DNA from: Candidatus Acidiferrales bacterium
GTDB lineage: Bacteria; Acidobacteriota; Terriglobia; Acidiferrales; UBA7541
Assembly: GCA_963792145.1 (NCBI GenBank)
Contig: CAWBVH010000052.1
Coordinates: forward strand, 33,916 to 97,915
Reading direction: 5' to 3'
Length of the DNA: 64,000 nucleotides
Below, one piece after another: positions 1 to 10,554 of the stretch (within the stretch, counting starts at the first letter, position 1; each line of letters starts with the position of its first letter). A model generated the notes under the pieces. It saw nothing but the letters and a program-made list of their open reading frames with translations. It ran no database searches and was not told the origin of the DNA. A program made the translations under genes and the position numbers.

Positions 1-2
1 CA

Positions 3-188
3 ACGACATGGTCCCCGACGTTGAAGAGAATGATCGCGTTGGCATCGGTTAGCCGGGAAAGCGCCGCGCTTGGGGCAACGCTCAGCATGGAGTTGACGGT
101 GGAGGCGGCGAGAAAGACGGTTTCGGCGAAAGTTGTGGCGCTGCCGTTTTTCAATCCTGCAAGAAAGACTGGCGCGCTGGCGCTCTAG
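3..188 (+). CDS. 3' end of an aminomethyltransferase (GcvT-like) family protein, truncated by the window edge
   Basis: Hand translation of frame 3: TTWSPTLKRMIALASV...KVVALPFFNPARKTGALAL*, resembling the GcvT C-terminal barrel (SPTL..IALA...LPF.P.R). Stop TAG at 186-188. Confidence 0.6.
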   Translation, partial: TTWSPTLKRMIALASVSRESAALGATLSMELTVEAARKTVSAKVVALPFFNPARKTGALAL

Positions 189-1654
189 TGAGAAGCGGCA
201 AAGGCGGCGACTTTAGCGAGCAACGCGTCGAGGTCTCGGCGATTCAGTAATTTTCCATTTACAATCACGGCGTCAATTTTTTGCGTGTTGCGAATGTCGT
301 CCAGAGGATTCGCGTTGAGAAGGACGAGGTCGGCGCGTTTGCCGGGAGCGATGGTCCCTTGTTCCGCGGCGCGGCCCAGGAATTCGGCCGGCTTTACGGT
401 TGCGGCTTGAAGCGCCTCGAGCGGCGTCAGGCCTGCCTGCACAAAATAGTACAGATCTTCATGCAAGGCGAAACCCGGGAAAACATTTGGCGCGGTGGTG
501 TCTGTACCAGCCATCACCGGCACGCCAGCGGCGTGCATCTGCTTGAATACTGGGAGAGAACGCTTCGCGAGTTCCCCCCGCATCTGAAATTCCGCAGTTC
601 CCTGGTTGGCCAGATTTTCGCGACGACCCGTGTCCCAGATCTTGCGCACGTTGGCGGGGACGTATCTCATGCGGGAATCATTGGCCAGATCGGTTTCGGG
701 CGTGAGAAACGCAAGGTGTATGAGCAGGGGAAACGTGGGCACCTGCCAAGTGTGATTGGCGACAAAAGTCTGAAACAGCTGCGCGGCTTTTTTTTCGGAA
801 TGGGAATCCAGAAGATCCTGCTGCCAGGTGCGCAGACGCTCGAGGGATTGGTTTACCGAGCCGTAGGGGGACGGGGCGGCAAGTTGGCGGCGGCGCAACT
901 CATCCTCGCGAGTGGAGCAGGCCAGCAGCACCCCCGTGAGATGCTCGATGCTGGATTGCCCCGCTTCGGAAGCGGCGCGCGCGGAGATGGCGTCTGGAAC
1001 ATGGCCAACGTAGCGCATCCCTGCGTGGCGCGATGCGTCGGCGATGGCGAAGTACGCGGCAGGCTGCAGGCGGGACTGCACTTTGATGAAATCGACGCCA
1101 TCGGATTTTAGCTGTTGCACCGCGGCGATGGCGTCTTGTGCATTGCGCACAATGATGGACGGCTGGAAATACGGCGGATCGCCGTCGAGATACGGACCCG
1201 TGAAGAATATCTGCGGGCCGATGCGATTGCCGGAAGCGATCTCCTGGCGCAACTGTTTCAGAAGAGCGACGCTGCCGCCCATATCGCGCACGGTGGTGAC
1301 GCCGTTGGCAATGAGAAGCGGAAGAATGAATTCGCGGCTGCCGGTGGGTTCGCCAGCGCCCATAAGGTGGAGGTGCATGTCGGCGAGTCCGGGAATGAGA
1401 AATTTGCCGGAAGCGTCGATGATTTTTGTACCGCGAGGGATACGAAGGGATGAGGATGGGCCGACGGCGGTGATACGCGAATCAGCGATGACGACGGTGG
1501 AATCGCGTTGGGGAGGCTCGCCGGTGGCGTCAATTACCGTGACATGAGTGATGGCGAGGCTGCGTGGTTGCGGCGGGGAGCAGGAAATCAGCGAAATAGT
1601 CGAGATGAATGCGAACAGGAGACAAGGCAGCGATCGGAGACCTGGAAGATTCAC
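185..1654 (-). CDS. Metal-dependent amidohydrolase, probably a secreted lipoprotein
   Basis: IIDASGKFLIPGLADMHLH (HxH), GVTTVRDMG, SIEHL, AGTD, GKRADLVLL motifs. Hydrophobic N-terminus ending LISC. GTG at 1654 lies 6 nt after TATAAT. Confidence 0.88.
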   Translation of the reverse strand: MNLPGLRSLPCLLFAFISTISLISCSPPQPRSLAITHVTVIDATGEPPQRDSTVVIADSRITAVGPSSSLRIPRGTKIIDASGKFLIPGLADMHLHLMGAGEPTGSREFILPLLIANGVTTVRDMGGSVALLKQLRQEIASGNRIGPQIFFTGPYLDGDPPYFQPSIIVRNAQDAIAAVQQLKSDGVDFIKVQSRLQPAAYFAIADASRHAGMRYVGHVPDAISARAASEAGQSSIEHLTGVLLACSTREDELRRRQLAAPSPYGSVNQSLERLRTWQQDLLDSHSEKKAAQLFQTFVANHTWQVPTFPLLIHLAFLTPETDLANDSRMRYVPANVRKIWDTGRRENLANQGTAEFQMRGELAKRSLPVFKQMHAAGVPVMAGTDTTAPNVFPGFALHEDLYYFVQAGLTPLEALQAATVKPAEFLGRAAEQGTIAPGKRADLVLLNANPLDDIRNTQKIDAVIVNGKLLNRRDLDALLAKVAAFAASH

Positions 1655-1660
1655 TCGATG

Positions 1661-1666
1661 ATTATA
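1661..1666 (-). promoter_or_regulatory. -10 box (TATAAT) of a probable leaderless amidohydrolase transcript
   Basis: Minus strand GC-TATAAT-CATCGA-GTG: perfect -10, 6-nt spacer, no Shine-Dalgarno. Confidence 0.6.
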
Positions 1667-1715
1667 GCGTGCGGCGGACAGCATCGTTTCATGACGCGAT
1701 CGTAACGAAGTAATT

Positions 1716-1756
1716 GAGATTCTTCGGGCATCCTCGTCGGATGCCCTCAGAATGAC
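1716..1756. repeat. Palindromic intergenic repeat, GAGATyCTTCG...CTCAGrATGAC family (copy 1)
   Basis: GAGATTCTTC-GGGCATCC-TCGTC-GGATGCCC-TCAGAATGAC. The same termini recur at 9919, 48295 and 56182. Confidence 0.65.
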
Positions 1757-1776
1757 AAGTCGGGTAATTTTTAGCT

Positions 1777-2968
1777 TTACTGATTGAGGCGATTGTATTT
1801 CTTTAGGACAGCTTTCAGCTGGTCGTGCGGCAGAGCGGTAACGTGATGATTGTCGATGCCGGTCATGGATTCGGCGGCAATCATAGCATTGATCACGGCT
1901 TCCTCAGTGGCTTCGACGGTGGCAGCGAAGACGGCATCGAGTGAATCGTTAGGAACCATCTTGACGTCCACGGGCTTGGTGGCGGAAGAAGCGCCGGAAT
2001 TCGCGGTGGAGAAGGCAATGAAGATGTCGCCGGAACCGTTGCCGGAAATGCTGCCATCGCGGCCGATGCCCAGAGTTGCCCGGTGCGCGAGGCGCTTGAG
2101 CTGCGTGGGGAGAAGGGGCGCGTTGGTGGCAATCACAATGATGATGGAGCCTTGCTCGGAGATTGGCGAAGGCTGGTAGGCGTATGGATCCTCCGATTTG
2201 ATTTCACGGCCGACGGGAATTCCGGCGACGCGGAAATTCTGGCGCGAGCCGTAGTTGCACTGCACCAGCACGCCGATGATGTAGCCGCCATCTTTGGCCG
2301 GAAGCACGCGCGAAGACGTGCCGATGCCGCCCTTGAAACCGTTGCAGACCATTCCCGTGCCGCCGCCAACCGCGCCCTCTTCGACGGGCCCGGAATGCGC
2401 GGAATCGATGGCGTGGAAAGCGTGCTCAGGCTTCACGTGGAAGCCGTTGATGTCGTTGAGCCAGCCATCCCAGGTTTCGGCAACGACGGGCAGCGACCAC
2501 CAGTAGCCAGTGGCGTCGGGCTGGCCATGATTAACGCGCCACTGAATCACCGCATCGCGCACCACGCCGACACTGTGCGTGTTGGTGATCATTACGGGGC
2601 CTTCGAGAAAGCCCGATTCTTCCACCCACGCGGTGCCTGTCATCTCTCCATTACCATTTTGCGAGAACCAGCCGGCGAAAACGGGATCCATCATGGTGTC
2701 CTTGCCACGAGGAAGAACCGCGGTGACGCCGGTGCGAACGGGACCTTTGCCGATGACAAGCTTGCCGTCGCCGGAGATCAAGGTGGTGTGGCCGACGGCA
2801 ACGCCGGGCACGTCGGTAATGGCATTCAGCGGGCCTGGGCGTACCATCAAAGGGAACGCCGAGATCACGCGCGCGTGGTTTCGCGGGAGCTTTTTCCTGA
2901 GCGGAAGCAGTTGTGAAGCACAAAATCAGGGCCAGGCACAATAGGAATGAAGACGCGAGTCGGCGCAT
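1777..2968 (-). CDS. DmpA/BapA-like P1-family aminopeptidase (Ntn hydrolase) with signal peptide; apparent +1 frameshift at ~2838
   Basis: The N-terminus MRRLASSFLLCLALILCFTTASAQ...KPRARDLGVPFDGTP is in one frame and GPLNAITDVPGVAVGH...NGNGEMTG...GSIII...GSGDIFIAFST in another. Removing one C from ACG-CCC-AGG restores GTPGPLNAITDV. Confidence 0.85.
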
Positions 2969-3022
2969 GAATAAAATCCCCCGGAAAAAGAGCATAGCCC
3001 TTCGGATGCGGGCACTAGCGAA

Positions 3023-4369
3023 TCAGGATGAAAAAACTTTACCGACGGCGAATTGTAGCGCATCGGCAATCAATTGGCATTCCTGCGAGGTGAGGATGAA
3101 AGGCGGCGCGAGCAGAACATGGTCGCCGCGAGTGCCGTCGAAGGTGCCTTGCGAAGGATACGTGAGGACGTTCTTCTCGAGAGCAGCCTGGCGGATTTTT
3201 TCGGCGATGCCGGTTTCTTTCGGGAAAGGCTCGCGCGTGGATTTGTTCTTCACGAATTCCACGCCTTGCAGCAGGCCGAGCCCACGAACCTGCCCAACAT
3301 GCGGATGATTCTCGAGAGCGGAGAGGGCCTCGCGAAGCGATTCCCCTGCGGGAGTGACGCGCTCGAAAAGCTTGTGAGTTTCCAGGTAATCAAAGACGGC
3401 GTTGCCGGCAGCGGTAGCCACCGGATGAGATTGATAGGTGAATCCGTGCATGAAAGCGGCGGTGCCCTTTTCGAAGGCTTCAGCGACATGCGGAGCGACC
3501 AGAACCGCCCCCAAAGGCGCGTAGCCGCTGGCGATTCCTTTGCCGGTGAGAATAATGTCGGGCTCCAGACCCCAGTGGAGGCTGGCAAACGGCCGGCCCG
3601 TGCGGCCCATGCCGGTCATTACTTCATCGGCGATGAGAAGGATGCCGTGCTTGCGGCAGATTTCGGCAATACGCGCGGTGTAGCCATCGACAGCGGGAAC
3701 AGCACCAAGCGTTGCGCCCACAACCGGCTCGAAAATGAATGCAGCTACAGTTGATGAATCATTGGCGCGAAGGAATGCGTCGAGATCATCGGCGCAGGCC
3801 AAGTTGCACTCCGGATAAGTTTTGTCAAAAGGACAGTGATAGCAGAAACAGGGCGCGACGTGGCCCCACTCGGGAATCATAGGAGCGTAGGGCGCGCGGC
3901 GGCCAACGTTGCCGCTGACGGACATGGCGCCGAGTGTGCTCCCGTGATAGCTCTGTTTACGCGAAACGATACGGAAGCGGGAAGGCTGCTTCGTTTCCAG
4001 GAAATACTGCCGGACTAACTTGATCGCGGTTTCCGTGGCTTCGGAACCGCCAGAGGTGAAGTAAACGCGTCCGCCATGCTGGAAATTGCGAGGCGCGATC
4101 GCCAGGACGCGCGCGGCGAGTCTTTCGGCAGGCTCAGAGTGGAACTGCGAAGTGTGCGCAAAGGCGATTCGATTGGACTGCTCGGCCATGGCACGGCCAA
4201 TTTCGGGCACACCGTGGCCAATACTAACAACGGCGGCCTGGCCGGAAGCGTCAAGATAACGACGACCGTCGGAATCAACAATCCAACTGCCTTCACCGCG
4301 GACAGCGACGGGATATTGTTTGCGGAGATTGCGAGAAAATAAGGAAGAGGAATCGATCGCCGTACTCAT
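3023..4369 (-). CDS. Class-III PLP-dependent aminotransferase
   Basis: GRRYLDASG, SGGSEATETAIK, SYHGST, FEPVVG, LIADEVMTGMGRTG, PDII LTGKGI (PLP Lys), HGFTY motifs. Start placed at ATG 4369. Confidence 0.92.
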   Translation of the reverse strand: MSTAIDSSSLFSRNLRKQYPVAVRGEGSWIVDSDGRRYLDASGQAAVVSIGHGVPEIGRAMAEQSNRIAFAHTSQFHSEPAERLAARVLAIAPRNFQHGGRVYFTSGGSEATETAIKLVRQYFLETKQPSRFRIVSRKQSYHGSTLGAMSVSGNVGRRAPYAPMIPEWGHVAPCFCYHCPFDKTYPECNLACADDLDAFLRANDSSTVAAFIFEPVVGATLGAVPAVDGYTARIAEICRKHGILLIADEVMTGMGRTGRPFASLHWGLEPDIILTGKGIASGYAPLGAVLVAPHVAEAFEKGTAAFMHGFTYQSHPVATAAGNAVFDYLETHKLFERVTPAGESLREALSALENHPHVGQVRGLGLLQGVEFVKNKSTREPFPKETGIAEKIRQAALEKNVLTYPSQGTFDGTRGDHVLLAPPFILTSQECQLIADALQFAVGKVFSS

Positions 4370-4375
4370 ACAGAG

Positions 4376-4384
4376 ATTGTAGCA
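4376..4384 (-). promoter_or_regulatory. Extended -10 (TG-C-TACAAT) of a probable leaderless aminotransferase transcript
   Basis: Minus strand TGCTACAAT-CTCTGT-ATG: 6-nt spacer, no SD. Confidence 0.6.
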
Positions 4385-4466
4385 AACCAGGGTACGAGAC
4401 GGGCGTAACGGCCCCGAGGCAACAGGGTGTGTGATAATCTTTCGCGGGTTCGGAGGAAAATTCTTC

Positions 4467-6410
4467 ATGAGGCATTTTGCGGGACGATTCATAGGGTTTG
4501 GCGCGGCAATTCTCCTGCTGAGCGCCAACTCTGTATTGGCGCAAGCGGAGAAGGAACCAGTGCGGATTGCAGTAGACCTGCGGGATTCGCCGCGTCATGT
4601 ATTTCACGCAAAATTGAAATTCCCTGTGAAGCCCGGGCCGCTGACGCTGGTCTATCCAAAGTGGATACAAGGCGAGCACGCACCGACGGGGCCGATTGTA
4701 AATTTGACGGGATTAAAGATGTTGGCCGGCGGAAAAGAGGTAGTGTGGCGGCGCGACGAAGTGGACATGTACGCCTTCCATTTGGATGTACCGCAGGGCG
4801 CGGAGATGCTGGAGGTGAGCCTGGATTATTTGTCGCCTCCGCCGGAGAGCAGCGGTTCGCGTGACCGCTCCGACGCGACGGCGAAAATCGCGGTACTGAA
4901 CTGGTATTTGGTAACGCTCTATCCGCAAGGCATAAAAACGGACGATCTGACATACGAAGCGAGCTTGCAGTTGCCCGTGGGCTGGAAATATGGAACCGCA
5001 TTGCCAGTGGCAAAGGACACTCCCGAAGAAATTGCGTTTGCGCCGGCGACGTTGACAACGCTGATCGATTCTCCGCTGATCACGGGAGAGTACTTTCGCA
5101 ATATTGATTTGGCGCCAGGGCAAAAACCCGAACACACCATCCACATAGCCGCAGATGGACCGGCCGCCCTTGCCGCGAGCACGGCGGAAGTGCAACACCT
5201 GCGGCAGTTGGTGGCAGAGTCGGGCGCGCTGTTCGGCGCACGTCATTACCGGCGCTACGATTTTTTGCTGGCGTTGAGCGACAAGATGCCGCCCGACGGA
5301 GTGGAGCATCACGAATCGAGCGACAATCGCACACCAGAGGCGCTGTTTCTCGATCCCGACGTCCGCGAAACGCAGATGGACTTACTGGCGCACGAGTTCA
5401 CGCACTCCTGGAACGGAAAATACCGGAGGCCCGTCGGGTTGGTGGCGCCGGACTACCAGACTCCACTAAAGGGCGATTTGTTGTGGGTATACGAAGGACT
5501 GACGCAATACTACGGCGTGATGCTTTCGGCGCGCTCGGGATTCTGGACGCCGCAAAGATTGCGGGAGTACCTTGCGGCGACCGCAGCATATTTGAATGAC
5601 CGGCCGGGGCGAACGTGGCGTGATTTGCAAGACACGGCGATCTCGGCGCAAGTTCTCTACACTGCGCCAGTGGCGGGATCATCCTGGCGGCGCAGCGTGG
5701 ATTACTACGACGAGGGCACACTGATCTGGTTGGAAACCGACACGATCATCCGAAAAGAGAGCAACGGAAAGAAATCGCTGGATGACTTTTGCCGCAAGTT
5801 TTATGGAAGAGAGAACGGCGCGCCGAAAGTGGTGCCGTACACGTTTGGCGATGTGGTCGCGGCATTGAATGAGGTGACTCCTTATGATTGGAATTCGTTC
5901 TTCACGGAGCGATTGACAAGCCACGGACCGGGCGCACCATTGGGCGGCGTGGTTAACAGCGGCTGGAAGCTGGTTTTCACTGAGACCATGAACGAGCACC
6001 AGCGCTCGGAAGAAATGGTAAGCCAGGAAGTGGACGTGGAATATTCGCTGGGCTTTCACGTCCATGCGACCGGGGGCGAGGAAAGCGATCGAATACTCGA
6101 TGTGATACCAGGCTCGCCTGCCGACAAGGCCGGGCTTGCGCCGGGAATGCATCTCCTGGCGGTGAACGGACGGCGCTGGACTCCGGAATTGCTTCGCGAC
6201 GCGATTAAACGCGCGGGAAACAACAAGGAGCCCATCGAACTGCTGGCAGAGAACAACGATTATTTTCAGACTTATCGCGTGGAGTACCATGGCGGAGAGA
6301 AGTATCCGCACCTGGAGGCCACTAGCGGGAAGACCGATGTGCTGGCGGAAATCTCGAGGATGAAGGCGGCACCAGCGGCGGCGACGACTCCAGCAACGGC
6401 GACAAACTGA
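4467..6410 (+). CDS. M61-family (glycyl aminopeptidase-like) metallopeptidase with C-terminal PDZ domain, secreted
   Basis: Signal peptide, GVEHHES, LLAHEFTHSWN (HExxH), WVYEGLTQY, YYDEG, PDZ-like VIPGSPADKAGL. SD GGAGG before ATG 4467. Confidence 0.9.
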   Translation: MRHFAGRFIGFGAAILLLSANSVLAQAEKEPVRIAVDLRDSPRHVFHAKLKFPVKPGPLTLVYPKWIQGEHAPTGPIVNLTGLKMLAGGKEVVWRRDEVDMYAFHLDVPQGAEMLEVSLDYLSPPPESSGSRDRSDATAKIAVLNWYLVTLYPQGIKTDDLTYEASLQLPVGWKYGTALPVAKDTPEEIAFAPATLTTLIDSPLITGEYFRNIDLAPGQKPEHTIHIAADGPAALAASTAEVQHLRQLVAESGALFGARHYRRYDFLLALSDKMPPDGVEHHESSDNRTPEALFLDPDVRETQMDLLAHEFTHSWNGKYRRPVGLVAPDYQTPLKGDLLWVYEGLTQYYGVMLSARSGFWTPQRLREYLAATAAYLNDRPGRTWRDLQDTAISAQVLYTAPVAGSSWRRSVDYYDEGTLIWLETDTIIRKESNGKKSLDDFCRKFYGRENGAPKVVPYTFGDVVAALNEVTPYDWNSFFTERLTSHGPGAPLGGVVNSGWKLVFTETMNEHQRSEEMVSQEVDVEYSLGFHVHATGGEESDRILDVIPGSPADKAGLAPGMHLLAVNGRRWTPELLRDAIKRAGNNKEPIELLAENNDYFQTYRVEYHGGEKYPHLEATSGKTDVLAEISRMKAAPAAATTPATATN

Positions 6411-6458
6411 CGGATCCCGCGTAACGGAAACATGTAAGGGAAAGAGGAATGCCCGGGC

Positions 6459-7742
6459 GTGAAGCAGAGGTCGCACGGACTGGTTCGCACCATCGGCCGC
6501 TGGAGCTTAACGGCCTTGATGGTGAATTCGATCATCGGGGTCAGCATTTTTCGTTTGCCGTCGTTGTTGGCGGAAAAAATCGGAGCGTATAGCCCGCTTA
6601 GCTGCCTTGCGGCGGGTGCTGGAATCCTGATCATTGCGGGATGCATCGCGGAAGTTTCGTCGCGCTACGAAGAGACTGGCGGATTGTATCTATACGCGCG
6701 AGATGCGCTGGGGCGCTTCGCGGGGCTGCTGGTGGCGTGGCTGACGTGGCTGACGCGAATCGCTGCGCCCGCGGCGGCGGCAAATTTGTTTTGCACTTAT
6801 GCCGCACAGTTTTTTCCTGTTTTGGGCACGCGGACGGGCGAGCTGGCGGTTCTGGCGGTGCTCATCGGGCAACTGGCAGTCGTCAATTACACTGGCGTGA
6901 AGACTGGCGAGCGCGTAAGCAATTTTTTCACGGCGGTGAAAGTTGGCTTTCTGCTTCTGTTTGTGATTGCTGGATTGGTAGCGCTGATTGCGCGGCCGGA
7001 GATTCGCGTGCCGCTGGTGTGGCCGGCGGCTTCGGCAAGGAGTTGGTTCGATGCGATGCTGCTGCTGGTGTACGCGTATGGCGGATTTGAGGGCGCGCTT
7101 TCGGTGGGTGGCGAATCGACGAATCCGAAGCGAGACACGCCGATTGCCTTGTTGACGGCGCTAGCGCTGATTGCGCTGATCTACACGGCGGTGCAAATCG
7201 TCACGTTGAAGACACTGCCGGACGCGGCAGCCTCGGTGAGACCGCTCGCGGATGCTTCGCAGGGATTTCTCGGACCCGCAGGAGCAATGGCGATTGCAGC
7301 GGCTGCGCTGGTCTCGGCATACGGGTATTTGAGCGCGAACCTGCTGCATGCGCCACGCCTGACCTTCGCCCTGGCCGAAGGCGGCGACTTCCCTTCGTTT
7401 TTTGGAACGATTCACCCGCGCTATCGCACTCCCTACGTCTCGATCGTGGTCTACGCGGTGCTGGTATTCCTCTTCGCGGCATTGGGAACATTTCAATGGA
7501 ACGCCGTGCTTTCCGCGGTGTCGCGGCTCACGGTATATGGCGCGATGGCCGTGGCAGTGCCGATTCTGCGTCAGCGGCGGGATGACAAAGCGCGATTCCA
7601 GCTTCCCTTCCCATACTTTTTTGCGGGCTTGGGGCTGGTTTTTTCCGCGATGCTGTTGACGCAGATGCATCGCGGCGAGTTCATCGTGGTGGGAACGACT
7701 TGCACGATCGCGCTGCTGAATTGGTTTTTCGTGCGGCGATAA
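6459..7742 (+). CDS. APC-family amino-acid permease
   Basis: ~12 hydrophobic segments, NSIIG, GGLYLYARDALG, YAYGGFE, GESTNPKR, IHPRYRTP motifs. Confidence 0.9.
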   Translation: MKQRSHGLVRTIGRWSLTALMVNSIIGVSIFRLPSLLAEKIGAYSPLSCLAAGAGILIIAGCIAEVSSRYEETGGLYLYARDALGRFAGLLVAWLTWLTRIAAPAAAANLFCTYAAQFFPVLGTRTGELAVLAVLIGQLAVVNYTGVKTGERVSNFFTAVKVGFLLLFVIAGLVALIARPEIRVPLVWPAASARSWFDAMLLLVYAYGGFEGALSVGGESTNPKRDTPIALLTALALIALIYTAVQIVTLKTLPDAAASVRPLADASQGFLGPAGAMAIAAAALVSAYGYLSANLLHAPRLTFALAEGGDFPSFFGTIHPRYRTPYVSIVVYAVLVFLFAALGTFQWNAVLSAVSRLTVYGAMAVAVPILRQRRDDKARFQLPFPYFFAGLGLVFSAMLLTQMHRGEFIVVGTTCTIALLNWFFVRR

Positions 7743-7834
7743 GAGTATAAGAACCTGGCATTCGCGGAGCGCTCGTGACATTATGAAATGTTTTGGACAT
7801 GGGTGGGAACCAGGCTGTCTGGTTGGAGGGAAAA

Positions 7835-9886
7835 ATGAATCGTACGGCGACGCGCAGTGGGTTATTGCTGTTGATGCTTGGGATGGCGCTGAGCGCGGAC
7901 GCGCAAGCGCCCGCGAAACATCCGCTGGCGTTCGACGACCTGATCAAGCTGCATCGCATTGCCGCCCCCGAAGTGTCGCCGGACGGCAAATGGGTGGCGT
8001 ACGGAATTTCGACGCCGGACATGGAAGCGAATCGGGGAGTCAGCAACATCTGGCTCGTGAGCACATCGGGAGGCGATGCGATTCAGTTGACGCAGAGTGG
8101 AAAAGATTCGGCGCCATCATGGTCACCGGACGGGAAAACGTTGGCGTTTCTGTCGGGACGCGATGGCACTTCGCAGGTGTACGTAATTTCCATGGAAGGA
8201 GGCGAAGCGAAGAAGCTGACGACGCTGTCGACGGGAGCGGATTTGTTCAAATGGTCACCGGATGGCAAGAGCATCGCGTTTACGTCAGGGGTGTACGTCG
8301 ATTGCAAAGACGATGCGTGCAACAAGAAGCGCGACGAGGAAAAGGAAAAGAGCAAGGTGAAGGCGCACGTCGCGGACCATCTGCTGTACCGGCACTGGGA
8401 TCACTGGTCGGAGGGCAAGCGGAGTCACCTTTTCATCCAGCCTGTGGAAGCAACCACGGCGGCGCACGACCTGACGGAGGGAGCGGACTACGATGTGCCG
8501 CCCGACCAGCGAGGCGGCGACACGGATCTCAATTTTTCGCCCGACAGCAAAGAGATTTGCTACACCGCGGTGACCGACAAGATGGAAGCGACCAGCACAA
8601 ATGGAGATCTGTTTCTCGTGCCGGTGACCGGTGGCGAATCGAAACGCATCACCACAAATCAGGGCTTCGATGGGAATCCGGTGTACTCGCCCGACGGAAA
8701 ATATATCGCGTATCACGCGCAGATGACCGCGGGCTACGAAGCGGACCGCTGGCAAGTGCTGTTGTACAACCGGCAAGCGGGCCAGAGCGAAAACATATCG
8801 GCGAGCTTTGACCGCAGCGCCGGTGAGCTCTCGTGGTCGCCGGACAGTAAGACGATCTACTTCCTGGCAGAGAACGAAACGCTGCAGCCAATCTATGCGA
8901 TGGAGCCACGGGCCGGGGCAACGCCGAAGAAACTGCTCGATGGATTCAACGCGGCATATTCGTTCAGCGGCGACGGGAAAATCCTGGTGACGGAACGGAC
9001 CAGCCTGACCATGCCGGGCGAGTTGTTTGTCGCCGGGGGAGACGGCAGCGGGCTGAAGCAGTTGACGCATGCGAATGATTCGATTCTGGCGTCCGTGGAA
9101 ATGAATGCTCCGGAAACGTTCTGGTTTGAGGGCGCGGAAGCCACCCGGGTGCAAGCCATGATTATCCGGCCGCCGCAATCCGTGCCGACCAAAAAGTATC
9201 CGATGCTGGTGCTGCTGCACGGGGGACCGCAAACGATGTGGTCGAACGCGTGGGGCTATCGCTGGAACGCGCAGCTGTTTTCCGGCGCAGGCTATGTGAC
9301 GCTGATGATCAACCGGCGCGGTTCCACCGGTTACGGACAGAAGTTCACGGATCAAATCACGGCTGATTGGGGCGGCCGTGCCTACGTGGACGTGATGAAG
9401 GGGATAGACGCGGCAATCCTCAAGTATCCGTACATCGACAAAACAAAAATGGCGGCGGCCGGCGGCTCGTATGGCGGATACATGGCGGACTGGTTGGCAA
9501 CGCACACGGACCGCTTCAAGGCGATCGTGAGCCACGCCGGGGTATACGACAAGGTTTCGATGTATGCCACGGAGGAGCTGTGGTTCGAGGAGCACGACTC
9601 CCAAGGCACTCCCTGGACGGCGCCGGAGAACTACAAGAAGTGGTCGCCCTCAACCTATGCGGCGGACTTGGGAAAATACAAGACTCCAACGCTCGTGGTG
9701 GCCGGAGAGCGGGACTACCGCGTGCCGTACACGCAATCACTGGAATTTTTCAGCGCGCTGCAGCGGCAAGGCGTGCCGTCGAAGTTGGTGGTGTTTCCCG
9801 ACGAGGGGCATTGGGTGCTGAAGCCGCAGAACAGCCAGTTTTGGTACAAGACGTTTTTGGATTGGCTCGCGGAGTACGTGAAGTAA
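7835..9886 (+). CDS. S9-family serine peptidase (dipeptidyl/acylaminoacyl peptidase-like), secreted
   Basis: Signal peptide, repeated (W/Y/F)SPDGK beta-propeller blades, LHGGPQ, GGSYGG nucleophile, D (ERDYRV) and H (DEGHW). SD GGAGG before ATG 7835. Confidence 0.93.
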   Translation: MNRTATRSGLLLLMLGMALSADAQAPAKHPLAFDDLIKLHRIAAPEVSPDGKWVAYGISTPDMEANRGVSNIWLVSTSGGDAIQLTQSGKDSAPSWSPDGKTLAFLSGRDGTSQVYVISMEGGEAKKLTTLSTGADLFKWSPDGKSIAFTSGVYVDCKDDACNKKRDEEKEKSKVKAHVADHLLYRHWDHWSEGKRSHLFIQPVEATTAAHDLTEGADYDVPPDQRGGDTDLNFSPDSKEICYTAVTDKMEATSTNGDLFLVPVTGGESKRITTNQGFDGNPVYSPDGKYIAYHAQMTAGYEADRWQVLLYNRQAGQSENISASFDRSAGELSWSPDSKTIYFLAENETLQPIYAMEPRAGATPKKLLDGFNAAYSFSGDGKILVTERTSLTMPGELFVAGGDGSGLKQLTHANDSILASVEMNAPETFWFEGAEATRVQAMIIRPPQSVPTKKYPMLVLLHGGPQTMWSNAWGYRWNAQLFSGAGYVTLMINRRGSTGYGQKFTDQITADWGGRAYVDVMKGIDAAILKYPYIDKTKMAAAGGSYGGYMADWLATHTDRFKAIVSHAGVYDKVSMYATEELWFEEHDSQGTPWTAPENYKKWSPSTYAADLGKYKTPTLVVAGERDYRVPYTQSLEFFSALQRQGVPSKLVVFPDEGHWVLKPQNSQFWYKTFLDWLAEYVK

Positions 9887-9918
9887 TTCCATCCGGCGGT
9901 GAGACGACATATTTTGTT

Positions 9919-9958
9919 GAGATCTTCGGCGCGCCAAACTACCCGCGGCGCAGGATGG
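9919..9958. repeat. Degenerate copy of the GAGATyCTTCG...CAGGATG palindromic repeat
   Basis: GAGATCTTCGGCGCG...CGCGGCGCAGGATGG between convergent genes. Confidence 0.45.
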
Positions 9959-9969
9959 TGAGGGTTGAA

Positions 9970-10554
9970 TCAGGTTGCGGCGAGTTTTTGCAATGTGCGG
10001 CGCAAGAAGCGAAACAGGTGGTACAGCAGGTAAAGTGAAATTGCCACGAGGATGATTACGACGACCACGGCAATCGTCGGATGAGCCGTGGCGAACCAGG
10101 TCAGCCACACCGCCAACATATCTTCCCCAAAACTGAGCGCCCAGTTGCTGAGCGGCTCCGGCGACATGTTTGCCGCGGCACGCGCGCTGGCCTTGGTGCC
10201 ATGCGAGGTCAGGGCGATGCTGCCGGCGAGCAAGGCTGCCGCCCAGCGCCAGGCTTCGGGAGCCGCGGCGGTAGCACCAAAGGCCAGCAGAGCTGCGGCG
10301 GGAGGCCGGATGAAGGTGTGGACCGCCTGCCAAATGGAATCAACGTAGGGAATCTTGTCCGCGAGAAACTCCACCACATAGAGCGCCACGGCAATACCAA
10401 GGACGATCGGGTGCGAGAGAACCTGCAAATGCGCCGGCAAGTGAATCACGCCAAAGCGTTGCAGGAGGCCCAGCGTGGCGACGGTTGCGTAAAGGTTCAG
10501 GCCAGAGGAAAAGCCGGCGCCAAGGACAAGACTGAGAGTTTGAATTGGATTCAT
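9970..10554 (-). CDS. DUF4126-like membrane protein
   Basis: SGLNLYAT, EFLADKIPYVDS, HTFIRPPA, SPEPLSNW.LSFGED motifs. Several TM helices. Confidence 0.8.
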   Translation of the reverse strand: MNPIQTLSLVLGAGFSSGLNLYATVATLGLLQRFGVIHLPAHLQVLSHPIVLGIAVALYVVEFLADKIPYVDSIWQAVHTFIRPPAAALLAFGATAAAPEAWRWAAALLAGSIALTSHGTKASARAAANMSPEPLSNWALSFGEDMLAVWLTWFATAHPTIAVVVVIILVAISLYLLYHLFRFLRRTLQKLAAT

